Position numbers and translations under genes: made by a program. From Octopus vulgaris (lineage: Eukaryota), in NCBI GenBank assembly GCA_951406725.2, contig OX597815.1, positions 197,470,001-197,534,000 of the forward strand: DNA of 64,000 bases, in the 5' to 3' direction. The first letter of the stretch is position 1; each line of letters opens with the position of its first letter. The notes beneath the pieces are model-generated. The model was given only the letters and a program-made list of their open reading frames with translations, ran no database searches and was not told the origin of the DNA. Of this stretch, positions 12,787 through 24,765 are shown one piece after another.

Positions 12787-13332
12787 TCGGGTTGTCCGGA
12801 AAGTTCGTGCCGATTTTTAAAGGAAAGAAGAAAGTCAATAAATACTTGCCATTACATTTTTAATCAACCAAATATGAACCATTTTGTTGCACAATGCGTC
12901 TCCCCCTTTTTCTTTTAACTTGAAAATACCATCTTCCCAGAATTGAGGTTGCTTCATGGTAAATAATTCATCAAGGTATCTTTTTACGTCATCCAAGGAA
13001 TTGAAATTTTTACCATTAAGACTATTTTGCAGTGACCTGAATAATTGGAAATCTGAAGGAGCAATATCTGGTGAATATCGAGGGTGGGGTAACACATCCC
13101 AGCCGAGCTGCAGCAATTTTTGTCTGGTTCCCAAAGCATCAAGTGCCGAAAATGAACTTTCTGATCTTCCAATTTAAAGGGTTACAGAAGTAACACAGGT
13201 TATATTAACATAAACTTTCTTCCCCGAAAAGATAGCTTAAAGTGTGCTCTAAATGGAGGTGTAGTCAACTCCTATTTTATGGAATCAACCATAAGCTACT
13301 ATAAATCGGTACGAACTTTCCGGACAACCCAA
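12787..13332 (-). mobile_element. Mariner, internally deleted, both TIRs and TA TSD intact
   Basis: TIRs tcgggttgtccggaaagttcgtgccgattt / aaatcggtacgaactttccggacaacccaa; N-terminus MEDQKVHFRHLML fused to C-terminal WDVLPHPRYSPDIAPSDFQLF. Confidence 0.93.
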
Positions 13333-14112
13333 TAGTTACCTACGTGACTAACAAATCTAAACTGAACAGGAAAGAAAAAACTTGAAAATGAAGGTCTGCT
13401 AACCAGAAGAATTCGTCTTACTGCACATGTCTTGTACGGGCCTGACTGATACCATCTAGGTGGCTGTAAAATTTGACTCCAATTGCATTGTTAAATCAAT
13501 AAGTTCGAGCATTTATCAATTGTCCATGATAGGAACTTCTCTGGAACTCACCAATTATTGGATTCATGTCGACGCTTACAATTCCTCTGAAAACGTTGCT
13601 ACTTATCTCTATCACCCAACCACTATAGTGTGTTATCGTGGAAATTCCATCCAACGAATGTCTGATTTGCAGAAGCCGTGAGTGTTCCACAGCATTTCAA
13701 ATGCAAAGCGTAGAGCCTTGGAATTTCCCTCAATTAAGACCGCAGCCCTGTGAAAGCCACAGGATATAGTTGAACATGTTTTACAGAGGGGGTTGAGCCA
13801 TGCACACTGTCCAGAAATCTAAACCGATATCTGATTTACTGAACAAAGAGAGTCCTTTAGCAAATGAAATATTTCTAATCTACAAGAAGCAGTAAAACAG
13901 CCAATCCAATCTACAAAACATGGAGCAAAGCATAATAGTCATGAAGGTGACCATTAGTTGGTGATATTCACCAACTAGGACCGATATTTTAGGCATACAT
14001 TTCTGCATTTAACTTTTCTAGTTGAGAGTGGTGAACCTGTCCGTAATAAAACGCAGCATTTTACGTACCAATAAGACTAGCCCATTATATATATATAAAT
14101 TATAATTAAGGG

Positions 14113-14233
14113 TATCTAAGAGATACCACCACGCTGGAAATAGCAGCCAAAACTTGACTCTAAAACCACATTAAATGTGGTTTTAGAGTCAAGTTTTGGC
14201 TGCTATTTCCAGCGTGGTGGTATCTCTTAGATA
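14113..14233. repeat. Perfect 60-bp-arm palindrome
   Basis: 14113-14172 is the exact reverse complement of 14174-14233. Confidence 0.95.
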
Positions 14234-14370
14234 ACCTAAATTTTAATTTTAATAATAATTTTTACCTTTGAAGGCTTTTTATTCTCATGCTAACCACCTG
14301 ATAATATCTGTATTTAAATAACGAGCTTATGCTTATTTATATAAATATGTATGTATATATATCTATATCT

Positions 14371-14432
<62 letters not shown>

Positions 14433-14709
14433 CATAAAAGATATATACAATGGAAGGAATCAATTGAATGTTAAAATGAAATTGCTTCTGTCCGCAAGAC
14501 AGGTAATTCTATTGACTCTACATTCTCTGATTTGATTTATGATAAGAGTTAGTTTGATATCGGTATGTTCGACAAATTAAGCCTTTGCTAATATTGTTCA
14601 TAAGTTTAATTATAAGTTCCCTCAAACTTTTCTCCGTATCAATATTGCCTCAATGTTCAGTCGTGTTACTGGTTAATAATTTATTTGTATTTTATACGTG
14701 ACCATTAAG

Positions 14710-14905
14710 GCGCGGAGCTACCAAAGCTGATGTCACCAAAGTTGAGAGCACCGAAGTTGATGCTCAGTGGCATTTCTTCCGGCATTATGTTTTAACACAT
14801 ATGCCATCACGGTCGGTATGATAAGTACAAATCAAGCACTGGGGTCCATATGGTCTCTTAGCATCCCCCAACCAAATTTTAGTCTTTTGCCTATATTAGA
14901 AAAGA
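14710..14905 (+). mobile_element. Highly degraded SINE family C copy
   Basis: Remnant motifs ataagtac...gcactggggtc...aaatttt...ttgcctatattagaaa resemble 45661-45826. Confidence 0.4.
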
Positions 14906-14920
14906 GAAAAAATTAAATGT

Positions 14921-15141
14921 GAACCTGAGGGACCTGCATGGTGTAGATGCGGATGTCTTTAAAGTAGGACTGGATCTCTTCCTGTCAGGTGTCCCGGATG
15001 AACCAACTTCACGTCAAGAGGTGCAGATGAGGGCAGCTGCATCGAACTCTCTCATGCACCAAATGGCAGTTGCTAAAAAGCATTCGTGAGGTAAAAATCA
15101 TGTAGCAAACCAAATGGCGGTGCCCCAGCATGGCCACAGCT
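14921..15141 (+). mobile_element. CR1-like LINE family 1, ORF2 C-terminus and 3' UTR
   Basis: NLRDLHGVDADVFKVGLDLFLSGVPDEP...RAAASNSLMHQ (FKxxLDxFLxxxPDxP...NSL motif), stop at 15087-15089. Confidence 0.75.
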
Positions 15142-15145
15142 CTAA

Positions 15146-15395
15146 CTTAATAGCACCACCTGATTGGATTATTCGAATCCTGTTTAAGTCAAGTTTTGTT
15201 TATGGTCCATTCAAGTAGTGAGTTCTTGTTGGGTGAGTTGTATCCAATTATGGGTGGCTTATATGGTATTCTTTGAAGGAATCTATCCAGACTCCGTTTA
15301 AATTTGATGGGATCCTTTTCCTCTTTGATCTCTTTTGGGACAATGTTAAATAGGGCAGGGCCTGTTGAAGAAAAGAAATTATGTTGCAGTGTACA
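15146..15395 (-). mobile_element. CR1-like LINE family 2, 3' end
   Basis: GPALFNIVPKEIKEEKDPIKFKRSLDRFLQRIP...NKNSLLEW; near-identical to 31890-32121. Confidence 0.85.
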
Positions 15396-16099
15396 GTGTA
15401 TATTGTAACTATATTTTATTACGTTTGGATTCAGTTAAGTTATTTGTACTTGTTAACTATTTTAGGAAAGTTCTTCATGTTTCTTCAGTTTAAGCTTAGA
15501 TTATATTTGTATGTTCTCTTAAAATATATTTTGTTCTTCTCTGCGATGTATTATTTTCTTTGCATTGAAAATATTAATAAGAATTATCAATATAAATAAA
15601 TTATTTCCAAGTTAACACAGTGAATAATTGCACTTAACTTTCCTATTTCCAGTCGCGATATTTCTCTTTCTGTCGAGGTATTTATGTTCTTATGTTATAC
15701 AAAGGACAGAAAGTTTGCGTTGAATTTTTTTCAATATGTATTAGTTTAACAAGAGATACTGTATTGTCGCTATGTTGTCAGATTCATTGTACATATAAGG
15801 AAACGTTTCCCACTTGTTTTCATCTACGAAGATTTAGTTGTATTACCGCATCGAAAAAATAAGTTTCAAAGCAATTATTCAAACGAAATTCATTTTGTTT
15901 TCTCGAGTTTAGGCAAATTCATTTATTCAAAAGCTATGTCCTGCTTTATTTATTTTACAGATAAAATTAACAGCAAGTGTTACCTTATGTTCATTATATA
16001 AATGGTTTGGGATACAGTGTTGCCATTTATGCTGGTAAGTTGAGGATAATATTATCTCTTCATAATATTACAAGAATTTTGCCAAGGAGTTAACAAAGT

Positions 16100-16405
16100 G
16101 GTTGGCGTCTGTCGTTGCTAGACTGGTCAATGATGCGCAAAGGTGCCCTATCCCTATCAGATCTATCCGCGACAACCGGGTATGGCTTTTACGTTTTCGT
16201 TCATATGCTCTTTTGTCACACCCAATTCTCCAATTATTACTGGCGTTGCTTTCATCTTCTGCTCCGCATCATGAAACTTCAATTTCGAGCTTTTCATAGA
16301 ACAATTTCTCCAAACCTTTTGGGGCAATATTTTGGTCCCAAAGGATTGCAATGTCTATCAGTATGCAGCTACTTGCTCTGATTTCTTTGTCAGTCTATCA
16401 TAATT
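16100..16405 (-). mobile_element. Degraded R4/Dong-like RLE endonuclease fragment
   Basis: CILIDIAILWDQNI...KLEIEV...MKATPVIIGELGV...IPG resembles the C-terminus at 20023-20320. Confidence 0.6.
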
Positions 16406-16408
16406 CCT

Positions 16409-16728
16409 GTGGAGGCGCAATGGCCCAGTGGTTAGGGCAGCGGACTCGCGGTCATAGGATCGCGGTTTCGATTCCCAGACCGGGCGTTGTGAGTGTTTAT
16501 TGAGCGAAAACACCTAAAGCTCCACGAGGCTCCGGTGATCCCTGCTGTACTCTTTCACCACAACTTTCTCTCACTCTTACTTCCTGTTTCCTTTGTACCT
16601 GTATTTCAAAGGGCCGGCCTTGTCACTCTCTGTGTCACGCTGAATATCCCCGAGAACTACGTTAAGGGTACACGTGTCTGTGGAGTGCTCAGCCACTTAC
16701 ACGTTAATTTCACGAGCAGGCTGTTCCG
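16409..16728 (+). mobile_element. tRNA-derived SINE family B
   Basis: A box tggcccagtgg, B box ggtttcgattcc; 5' ~180 bp aligns with the reverse complement of 60888-61081. Confidence 0.85.
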
Positions 16729-16734
16729 TTTAAT

Positions 16735-16995
16735 TCCTATTCAGTTGTCTTATTTCCATCACGGGTCTTCGCTTCATTACCGGCGCAATTGTATGTGCCT
16801 TGGGTACGTACTGTTTTTTCATTTGGTGTTGCTATTTGCACTGTATTGAAAGTGCTTTACGTAGAATGTATGCGGTGCCTAGCAGTGTTATTTTCTGTAT
16901 GTCATCTATATTTGTATGTCGTGTTGTTTTGGTTATATTTTTTTTGCTGTTTTTCTTCTGTGTACGCACCTATCATTGTAGGGATTGTTTCTGAG
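16735..16995 (-). mobile_element. Degraded 3' end of the R4/Dong-like element
   Basis: IQKITLLGTAYILRKALSIQ plus a 3' UTR similar to 19925-20180. Confidence 0.75.
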
Positions 16996-17039
16996 TGGAT
17001 TTTGACCAGTATTTCACGCAACTGATTGGGTTTGACAAT

Positions 17040-17770
17040 AGAGGAAAGATAGGAAAAAACTGACCACCTAACCCGACTTGTCACGGCTCTCGAGTAGGGA
17101 TTCTTATTTATAGGAAAGGCTAATAACAGCTGATGAAATACGCGAAACACAAGTTCTGTTGATTTTCCAGCCGGGTGTTCGATATACGATTATTGTCGGG
17201 CGATATACACTAGGGAACCGTTTTCATCGATGAATATCAACAGGAGTATTTTTGAGACAGGATTTCTGGAAGGTTTCCAGAAATCGCTCGTCTCTCAGTG
17301 CTGTCGGGGGATATTTCCTGTTTAGCGTTGATGCTACCATCATATTCATGCTGTCGGAAGTACATGCCCGAGATGCTCACAGAAGAATGAAACCATCTCG
17401 CACGTGTTTATAATGTGCTGAGCATTGCTGACCTGTAGAGTTATGTCGATCAGCTGCTATCACATGTAGGACGATCCGGTTATCAGCCGACTCTATTCTG
17501 AAAATAACTCTGCTGCCTGTGTGGGACAACAAAATCAATTTTTTTCTCTGAATGTCGCCATAGCGAAAGAGGAAGTGAATTGGACATAACTAAACGGACT
17601 GCCCATAGACACGTTCTTATTCCGCCTGTCACTCATCGACTCCTCCAAATTTAAATTTGAAATGAAACTGATGGTGGGGAGGCAGGTGCTGCATATCCAG
17701 TAAAACTATAATCAGAAGGGTGAATGTAGTTGGAATTGTCTAGTTAATGGACCAATCCTAAGCATCCGTG
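17040..17770 (+). mobile_element. Degraded Tx1/L1-like ORF2 C-terminal region
   Basis: TCPRCSQKNETISHVF..C zinc knuckle; KLMVGRQVL...VNVV matches KVRVERQVL...WVNVA at 21281-21400. Confidence 0.6.
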
Positions 17771-19879
17771 CGTCGCTTAAAATCATAGGAAGAAGTAAGC
17801 TGCAGCAATCACAGGATAGTGTTGTTAATTGCGTTCAGAATTTCAAGATAAAATATACGTTATATGCTAAAAATGGAAGCAAACTTAACTCTTCGGTGTG
17901 ACAGATGAGACAAAAGAACTAGTTTCTTTAATGAGGGTTGTCTCTACTAAAAAATACACCAATGAAAACGTTTACTTGTGTGTATGTGTGTGTATTTGTG
18001 TGGGGGCTAAAATTCAGTCTCTTGCTCATGATAGTGAGAGTATAAATTTTTAAAATGTAGTAGGAAGATTTTGCTAGTAACTTATAACTTAAAATTCTCT
18101 GAGACTGGGCGTAAATATTGTAACTCATTTCAGAAGACATAGTTTATGGCGAATTTACCGCCACAAAGAAGAAGATTTGCCTTCTATTAGTTTATTTTTT
18201 CTCAAATATAAATCACTTCCTTTAGCGGAAGTAAAATGAAAAAGTTTACGTTGATGTTTGCTGGTATACTCTAAGCGGAATATCACGTGGACAGAGTGAA
18301 CAATGGCCGAAAGAATAAGCAACATTAAAATCATGTTTAAGCATGAGATCAAATAACTTTGACATATCTTTGCTTGTTTATAGATTTTCAAGCAATATTA
18401 GGCGATGCAATAATGCATCAACTGTAAATGTTCGCATATTAAAATAGGTTCATATTTATCATTTCATTCCGATCCAAACATTTCTACATTTATCGCCTCG
18501 TCTAAGGCTTTTAAATCATATTAGTTACAAACATCAATATTTGATTAAGGTTTAACATAGGGACATATATGAAATTTCGTTGCTACAAAATGTCACATCT
18601 ACGAAGTGGGAAATATATTCTGAACATTTTATAACGTTAATCTGTAAGTATCAAATATTAAGCCGATTGCTAATGGTAGATGTTTGATAAGTATTAGATG
18701 TTGCACCTATATATGCAAATACAATTCTAATAGTAACAGCGTCAAGCTAATCGATTACTACATACCGTGCGTGATATTTTGATAAGCATGTCATAATTAA
18801 TCTTACTATTTAAAGTATATACTGTGGTCTTACGGGCATTATAATAGGTAAGTGGTTTAAATGAAAGTAAGCATTTGAACCTATATCGTATCATGATATT
18901 ACAATTTATAATTTGCTGTTAGGTTGATGCAGTGAATATAGGAACTAATGAACAGTAATCGTGTCTTACATCCCCAGATTATTAAGCGAAGATGTGTTAC
19001 AATTGAAATAAGATTAGTATATAACATACTATTAATTTCCGCAGCAATGTGTAGTGAATAAAGTCCTAGTAACGTGGTTCTCATTTTACTAAAATTAGTA
19101 TCAATCAGTCGTTCTTTCATTCCTAGAAAATGCTATTTATTTTGAATATAGATTTTTAAGTACTAGTATTGCTGTATTACTTGCCTTTGTTGTTGTCGAT
19201 CCTGTTATTGTAGCTGTTGCAGTTTCCACGACTGCTAAATTTCAATGTGTCAGTTTCGTTGTTCTGCTTTGAAATATTCGAAGTATCATGGCTACATAAG
19301 TAATTTCCGTTTATTTACGCTGTTCTTTGCATTTGTTGTTGCATGCCATTAAAGTGACGGTGGGGTAAAATATACGAAGCCCAGTATACCCATCATGGCT
19401 ACCTGTCTGATAAGGGTACACGAGGCACATGCATCAAAATCATATGTGCGCGACATTGTGATCTCATATCGAAATAAACAGCAAATGACCTTGCAGGTGG
19501 GGCCCAGTTAGAATGTTCTTTTGGTCGAGTAACCCATCCCGCTCAAAAGGTCCCCGGATAAGGGTTGTTTAAGGATGTTAAACGAACCACCCATGTTTCC
19601 AAAGGCGAATTATTCAAACCCAAAAGTATCCCTCTTAACACATGGCTATGATGCTCTCCCACTACTTCTACTCATGATCAGAGATGCATATATCATCAGC
19701 CACAAAGGGACATGCTCAACTGGTTAAGATCAAACAACCGACAAGCAAATTTGTAGTATTGAGCAGAATATTAGCTGTAGCCCATCTTTTAGACCAAGAC
19801 AAAACAATGTACATGATAACACTTCCAATCAGTTAAGACCAGAAGCCATGAGAGCCACTCTCTGATACTGCATCACGGC

Positions 19880-19924
<45 letters not shown>

Positions 19925-19928
<4 letters not shown>

Positions 19929-20578
19929 TAATTTTATTTTTATAGCGTGCTTTCACTTCACTACCGAGCGCAGCTCTGTGTGCCTTGGGTATGTGCTGTG
20001 ATTTGTTGTGATGCTCTGATGGTTATTGTATGGAAAGTGTTCTGCGTAGGATGTGTGCAGTGCCTAGTAGTGCAATTTTCTGTATGTTATATGTGTTTGT
20101 AAGTCCTGGTGTTTTTGTTATGTATTTGTCTGAATATTTTTTTATCATGCCTAATGCACCTACTATGATAGGATTTGTTTCTGTTTTCAGATTCCACATT
20201 CTAGTTACCTCTATTTCCAGGTCTTTGTATTTTGAGAGTTTCTCCATTTCTTTTAGAGACACGTTGTCATCTGCCGGTATTGATACATCAATTAGAAAGC
20301 ATTTTTTTCTTCATGATCTCTGACAACTATATCTGGTCTGTTGGCCTTAATTTCTCTATCTGTGTCTATCGGCATATCCCAGAGTATGGTTGCTTTCTCG
20401 TTTTCTGTGACCTTTTCTGGTGTGTGCCTATACCATCCTTTTTCTGTTGTTATTCCATAATGTTGGCATAGCTTCCAATGTATGTAGGTTCCAACTCTGT
20501 CATGTCTGTGAATATATTCCTTCTTAGCCAGGACTGGGCAGCTAGAGATAATATGATTTATTGTTTCTGGGCCATCTC
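19925..20578 (-). mobile_element. R4/Dong-like non-LTR retrotransposon, 5'-truncated, inside (TAA)n
   Basis: ETINHIISSC...YIHRHD...RPDIVV..LIDVSIP...KYKDL...LLGTAHILR (CCHC end plus PD-D RLE domain); one frameshift near 20300; (TTA)n arrays at 19882-19924 and 20579-20658. Confidence 0.9.
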
Positions 20579-20639
<61 letters not shown>

Positions 20640-20660
20640 CATTATTACTACTATTATCAC

Positions 20661-20885
20661 TGGCGCCGTTACAGCATTGTGCTGGTAGAATCATTTGCAT
20701 GCCGGACCCAATTCTTCAGGCGTTTCATTTGTATTCATGTTCTGAATTTAAATACCTCCAGGCTAGACTTTCCTTTGCCTTTATTCGGATTCGATAAAAT
20801 AAGTGTGTTTTGAGAACTAGTGCCCATGTAATCAAATAGCTCACTTCCACAAAATTTCTAACCGAGTACTCGTGGTGGAAAGGAA
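20661..20885 (+). mobile_element. Degraded SINE family C copy
   Basis: gctggtagaatc...gttctgaatttaaat...gacttt...gcctt...tcgataaaataagt aligns loosely with 45431-45600. Confidence 0.5.
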
Positions 20886-21145
20886 GCTAAGAAGCGTTGT
20901 TGCTAACATTAGAACAATCATCAGATATATGTTTATGTACTTATTTCTAATTTCATTTTTGGCAACAGCAAAGATTTTATATCCAGGGCTGACTTTTCGA
21001 GTTATGCTGCAATTGTTATTAGGGCTGTTAATAAATCATATAGTCACACAAATCGATTTAAATAACATTATGTATGTATGTATGTATGTATGTATGTATG
21101 TATGTATGTATGTATGTATGTATGTATGTATCCATCCATCCATCC

Positions 21146-21205
<60 letters not shown>

Positions 21206-21227
21206 ATCGAACTATCTGTCTGTCTGT

Positions 21228-21273
<46 letters not shown>

Positions 21274-21859
21274 CCACTTGAAAAGGAAAGTGAGAGTAGA
21301 GAGGCAAGTTTTGTCTAGCGAATGTTTTAAAAAAAGATGGGTGAATGTAGCCAGGATGGCAAGTATGAATGACGAAGCCACCTTGAGCATAATCCTATGA
21401 ACCCAGAAATTGAAAACAGAGGGTTACCCCCTTGCAAACAAATGTGGTAACATATAACAATATTGACCAAGGTTACCGTGGTCTTTTTCGTAGGCTTTTC
21501 TTCCCACGGATAAACCTTACTTGCTTTCCCCTTTACACCATATATCATAACACTGTGATACACGATCCCTATTGATCGTTTTTTTCCTCTTCCCCCTTTT
21601 TCCCCTTTTTGTTCTTTTTTCATTTCTCTTTCCTTTTGTTCCTTTTCCTTTTCTTTTTTTTTCTTTCTATTCCTTTTATTTTATTCAAATTCTTTTTTTT
21701 TTTGTTCTTTTCTTCCCTTTTACGATCCCTCTTGATCGAAAACCTACGATACCCCTTTTTTTTTTCTTTTGTTTTTTGTTCTCTTCATCCTCCAAAAGAA
21801 AAGCTCTACCTCGTAACTTGTCCCATCTGTGTGCAGCCCTGTGTGGCCAATAAAGAAAC
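21274..21859 (+). mobile_element. Tx1/L1-like LINE 3' end within (TATC)n
   Basis: [28 protein letters not shown]...* then a pyrimidine-rich 3' UTR ending gccctgtgtggccaataaagaaac. Confidence 0.65.
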
Positions 21860-21931
<72 letters not shown>

Positions 21932-21932
21932 A

Positions 21933-21966
21933 TCTGTGTGCAGCCCTGTGTGGCTAATAAAGAAAC
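21933..21966 (+). mobile_element. Second 34-bp copy of the Tx1-like tail in the same array
   Basis: tctgtgtgcagccctgtgtggctaataaagaaac. Confidence 0.75.
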
Positions 21967-22029
21967 ATATCTATCTATCTATCTATCTATCTATCAATCT
22001 ATCAATCAATCTATCTTTCTATCGAACAA

Positions 22030-22061
<32 letters not shown>

Positions 22062-23059
22062 TCAATCTATCTGTGTGTCTGTCTCTAATCATATGTGTGT
22101 GTGTTTGCGTGTGTGTCATATCTAATTGTGTGTTTATGTTTTGCTTTTCCCGCACACAAATACTCACACATATATTGAGAGAGAGAGAAAGTGAGGAAAG
22201 AGAGAGAAAGTGAGGAAAGAGAGAGAAAGAGAGAAAGGGAGGAGGAGAGAGAGATAAACCGTGAAAGAGAAAGACAAATACAAAGAAAAAGACTGAGAAG
22301 GACAGGAGGATGCAAATCTAGATATAGAATGAGAGAGGAAGGAAAGACAATTCTGTTGCTGATATTCAGACGAGTTTGTGAAACGAAGCCACTGTACAAT
22401 AACGGAAATTTACATATACTTATATCATAATCTCTATCAACTTATCTATCTATGTGTATGTGTGTGAGTATGTGTGTATAAAGATATCTCTATGTGCATG
22501 TGTGATTGCTTTTATGTATATTTTTTTTTTGTATTTGTTTTACATTAATATAAACTGAATATAAACTTATGATAGCGAAATCAGGATACGTAGGACTGGA
22601 GTTGCTCTCGTCACTTCATTTTAGTGTGACCTGTCAAAAGGAATATTATTTTACTTGGAGAAACATTCCCACTTGCATTTTTTCTTCAGATTTCGTTCTT
22701 CACTTTCCATTTCCTTGCAAAATGAAATAGTTCTGATTTGTCTTGAATTATTAAATTTTGTATTTGCTTATAATCAAATCTTTGATACATTGCGTGGTGC
22801 TATAGCGTACATTTTAAAGTATGCCTATTGCTATTCAGATTCCGATGTCTATTACAATTGTTACTGTATTCCATTTTCTTTTTTTTGTGTGTGTATGAGA
22901 GTGATATTTATACACATATGAATTTCGTTGAATACTGAACGTTTATTTATAGATCAAATCAATATTTAAGGAAGGATTTCCAAAGGGAAAAAGAAATGTA
23001 AATAATTACAGTTTTGGAAATATTTCATGTTTTATGGAAGCTTTTGATACTTCCACGCG

Positions 23060-23290
23060 TTAAATGCAGTAAAAGGTACATAGAAGGTGCTTATAAGGAC
23101 AAGAATGTGACATGCATTGGTGAGACATGTACTAGCGTAGCGGAGAGGATTAATGGACAGTGGAAGGAATATGATGGCAAGAAACAGTCCTGATTACTCT
23201 AGCAAAATGTCAAAGACCAACATGGGGGCACACTGGACCGAATTGACATCTTAATTTTATCCAAGAACCCGAAGGACCCGTCACTTCGAC
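23060..23290 (+). mobile_element. Penelope-like GIY-YIG endonuclease remnant
   Basis: CIGETCTSVAERINGQWKEYDGKKQS*LL*Q...QHGG...ILSKNPKDPSLR resembles YIGETxRSxxERxxEH; in-frame stops. Confidence 0.6.
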
Positions 23291-24659
23291 ATACATAAGT
23301 ACACACGCACGCTAGCGCGAACACATAAGCACACACACACACACACACGCACGAGAACATTTCACATCAAAATTCTTACAAAAATCCCCAAAGAAACAAA
23401 AAGAAGCAAATGAAAAAAAAATAGAAAAGAACGTAGCTTAAATAACGTCCATTGATATGGTCGAAAATACATGTATTTATCTGGTTGGTGCTATTTTCAC
23501 CTGTGTATTAAATGCCTAGCCGCATTTGCTTTAGTAAAATGTGCACTGAGATACTCTAAATACAACATGTGCTATAAGAGGAGATAATAATTATTGAAAT
23601 TGCTAATTGCTATTAAGAATTAAAGTTAAGATTATACCGTTATCTAAATCAGTTTAAAATAGTTTATATAGAATTTAAAATGTCGACGTAATTAATTCAT
23701 CAGTGATAACTGCATTTATCAAGTTCTTTAGAGGAATATATTAAGTTATTATAATACACGAAGTTATATTTTCTATACTGTTAAAATCCTACTAGTGGGA
23801 CCTGTGGAAATTCCATAGAACGAATAAGATTAAGAGAAGCTATTTAAGAAATAATGGATTATTTATTTTTATTTATATTTTGCTGAGAAATTCACTTCCA
23901 GTTACAATAATATATTATATTATAAAATTTCTTTCTACTAAAAGCTTTATATTTCTCTCTTTCTCTGTACCTCTTCAACGCCCTTTTAAGTCAAATAATT
24001 CCCGTTTCGTCTTCATGTTTTAAACATTTTTTCTCTTTCTCTTCGACTCTCCCTTCCACTAATTCTCTCTTTCTCTCTTTCTCTCTATTTCTCTTAATTT
24101 AACTGCTTCCACTGTCCCTCTCTCTTTATCTGCCTGTCTTTAACCTCAACATCATGATATTATCCTCTGCTAAATATTGTATCCTAAACATATCGCTTTC
24201 TCATTACCTTTCCTCCCACCCTACAGTACAACCTTAAAACGTCTCTATCCCTCTTTACTCTCACTGTTCCTTTCTCCTGCTCTTCGGCTCTCTCTCTCCC
24301 TCTCTTCTACTAGCCATGATAATAACAATAAAGAACAAATGTGAGTTAAAAGATCATGGTTAACTATTGTTCATAAATATCTTCATAGGTTTCCGTTTCC
24401 CTACAAGAAAAAAGAAAGAAAACTTTAGAAAGAGTCAATTAGATAGACGTAACTGTCTATAAAAAAGAGGCAGGGTTGGATAAGACTTTACTTCATGATG
24501 TTATTTACCAGTTAAAAGGGCAAGGCACTATGAAACTTATGATGTTGACATAAGGACAACTAATATTAGGGGCCTGATGGGGGAACGTTTATAAACAATG
24601 TTATTATGTTGTATAAATAGATGAAATAGTAAGAAATAAGTATAAAATACGTATATTAC

Positions 24660-24765
24660 AGCTGGCTATTGACACACTTTCTGGGATGAGATGGGATCGA
24701 TGCGGAAGGATTACTTCCCTTTGCAAATACCGATAGGGCATAGAAAATGTGTCAATAGCCGGCTG
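24660..24765. repeat. 24-bp inverted repeat with ~58-bp spacer
   Basis: cagctggctattgacacactttct / agaaaatgtgtcaatagccggctg. Confidence 0.8.

Noticed and set aside
13380-13860. Higher-complexity block with short ORFs and a gtgagt donor-like site
   Set aside because: No recognisable protein motif in the frames I examined; cannot call an exon without RNA-seq or homology.
16411-16485. Possible tRNA gene
   Set aside because: A/B boxes are present, but it continues into a SINE body shared with 60764-61081.
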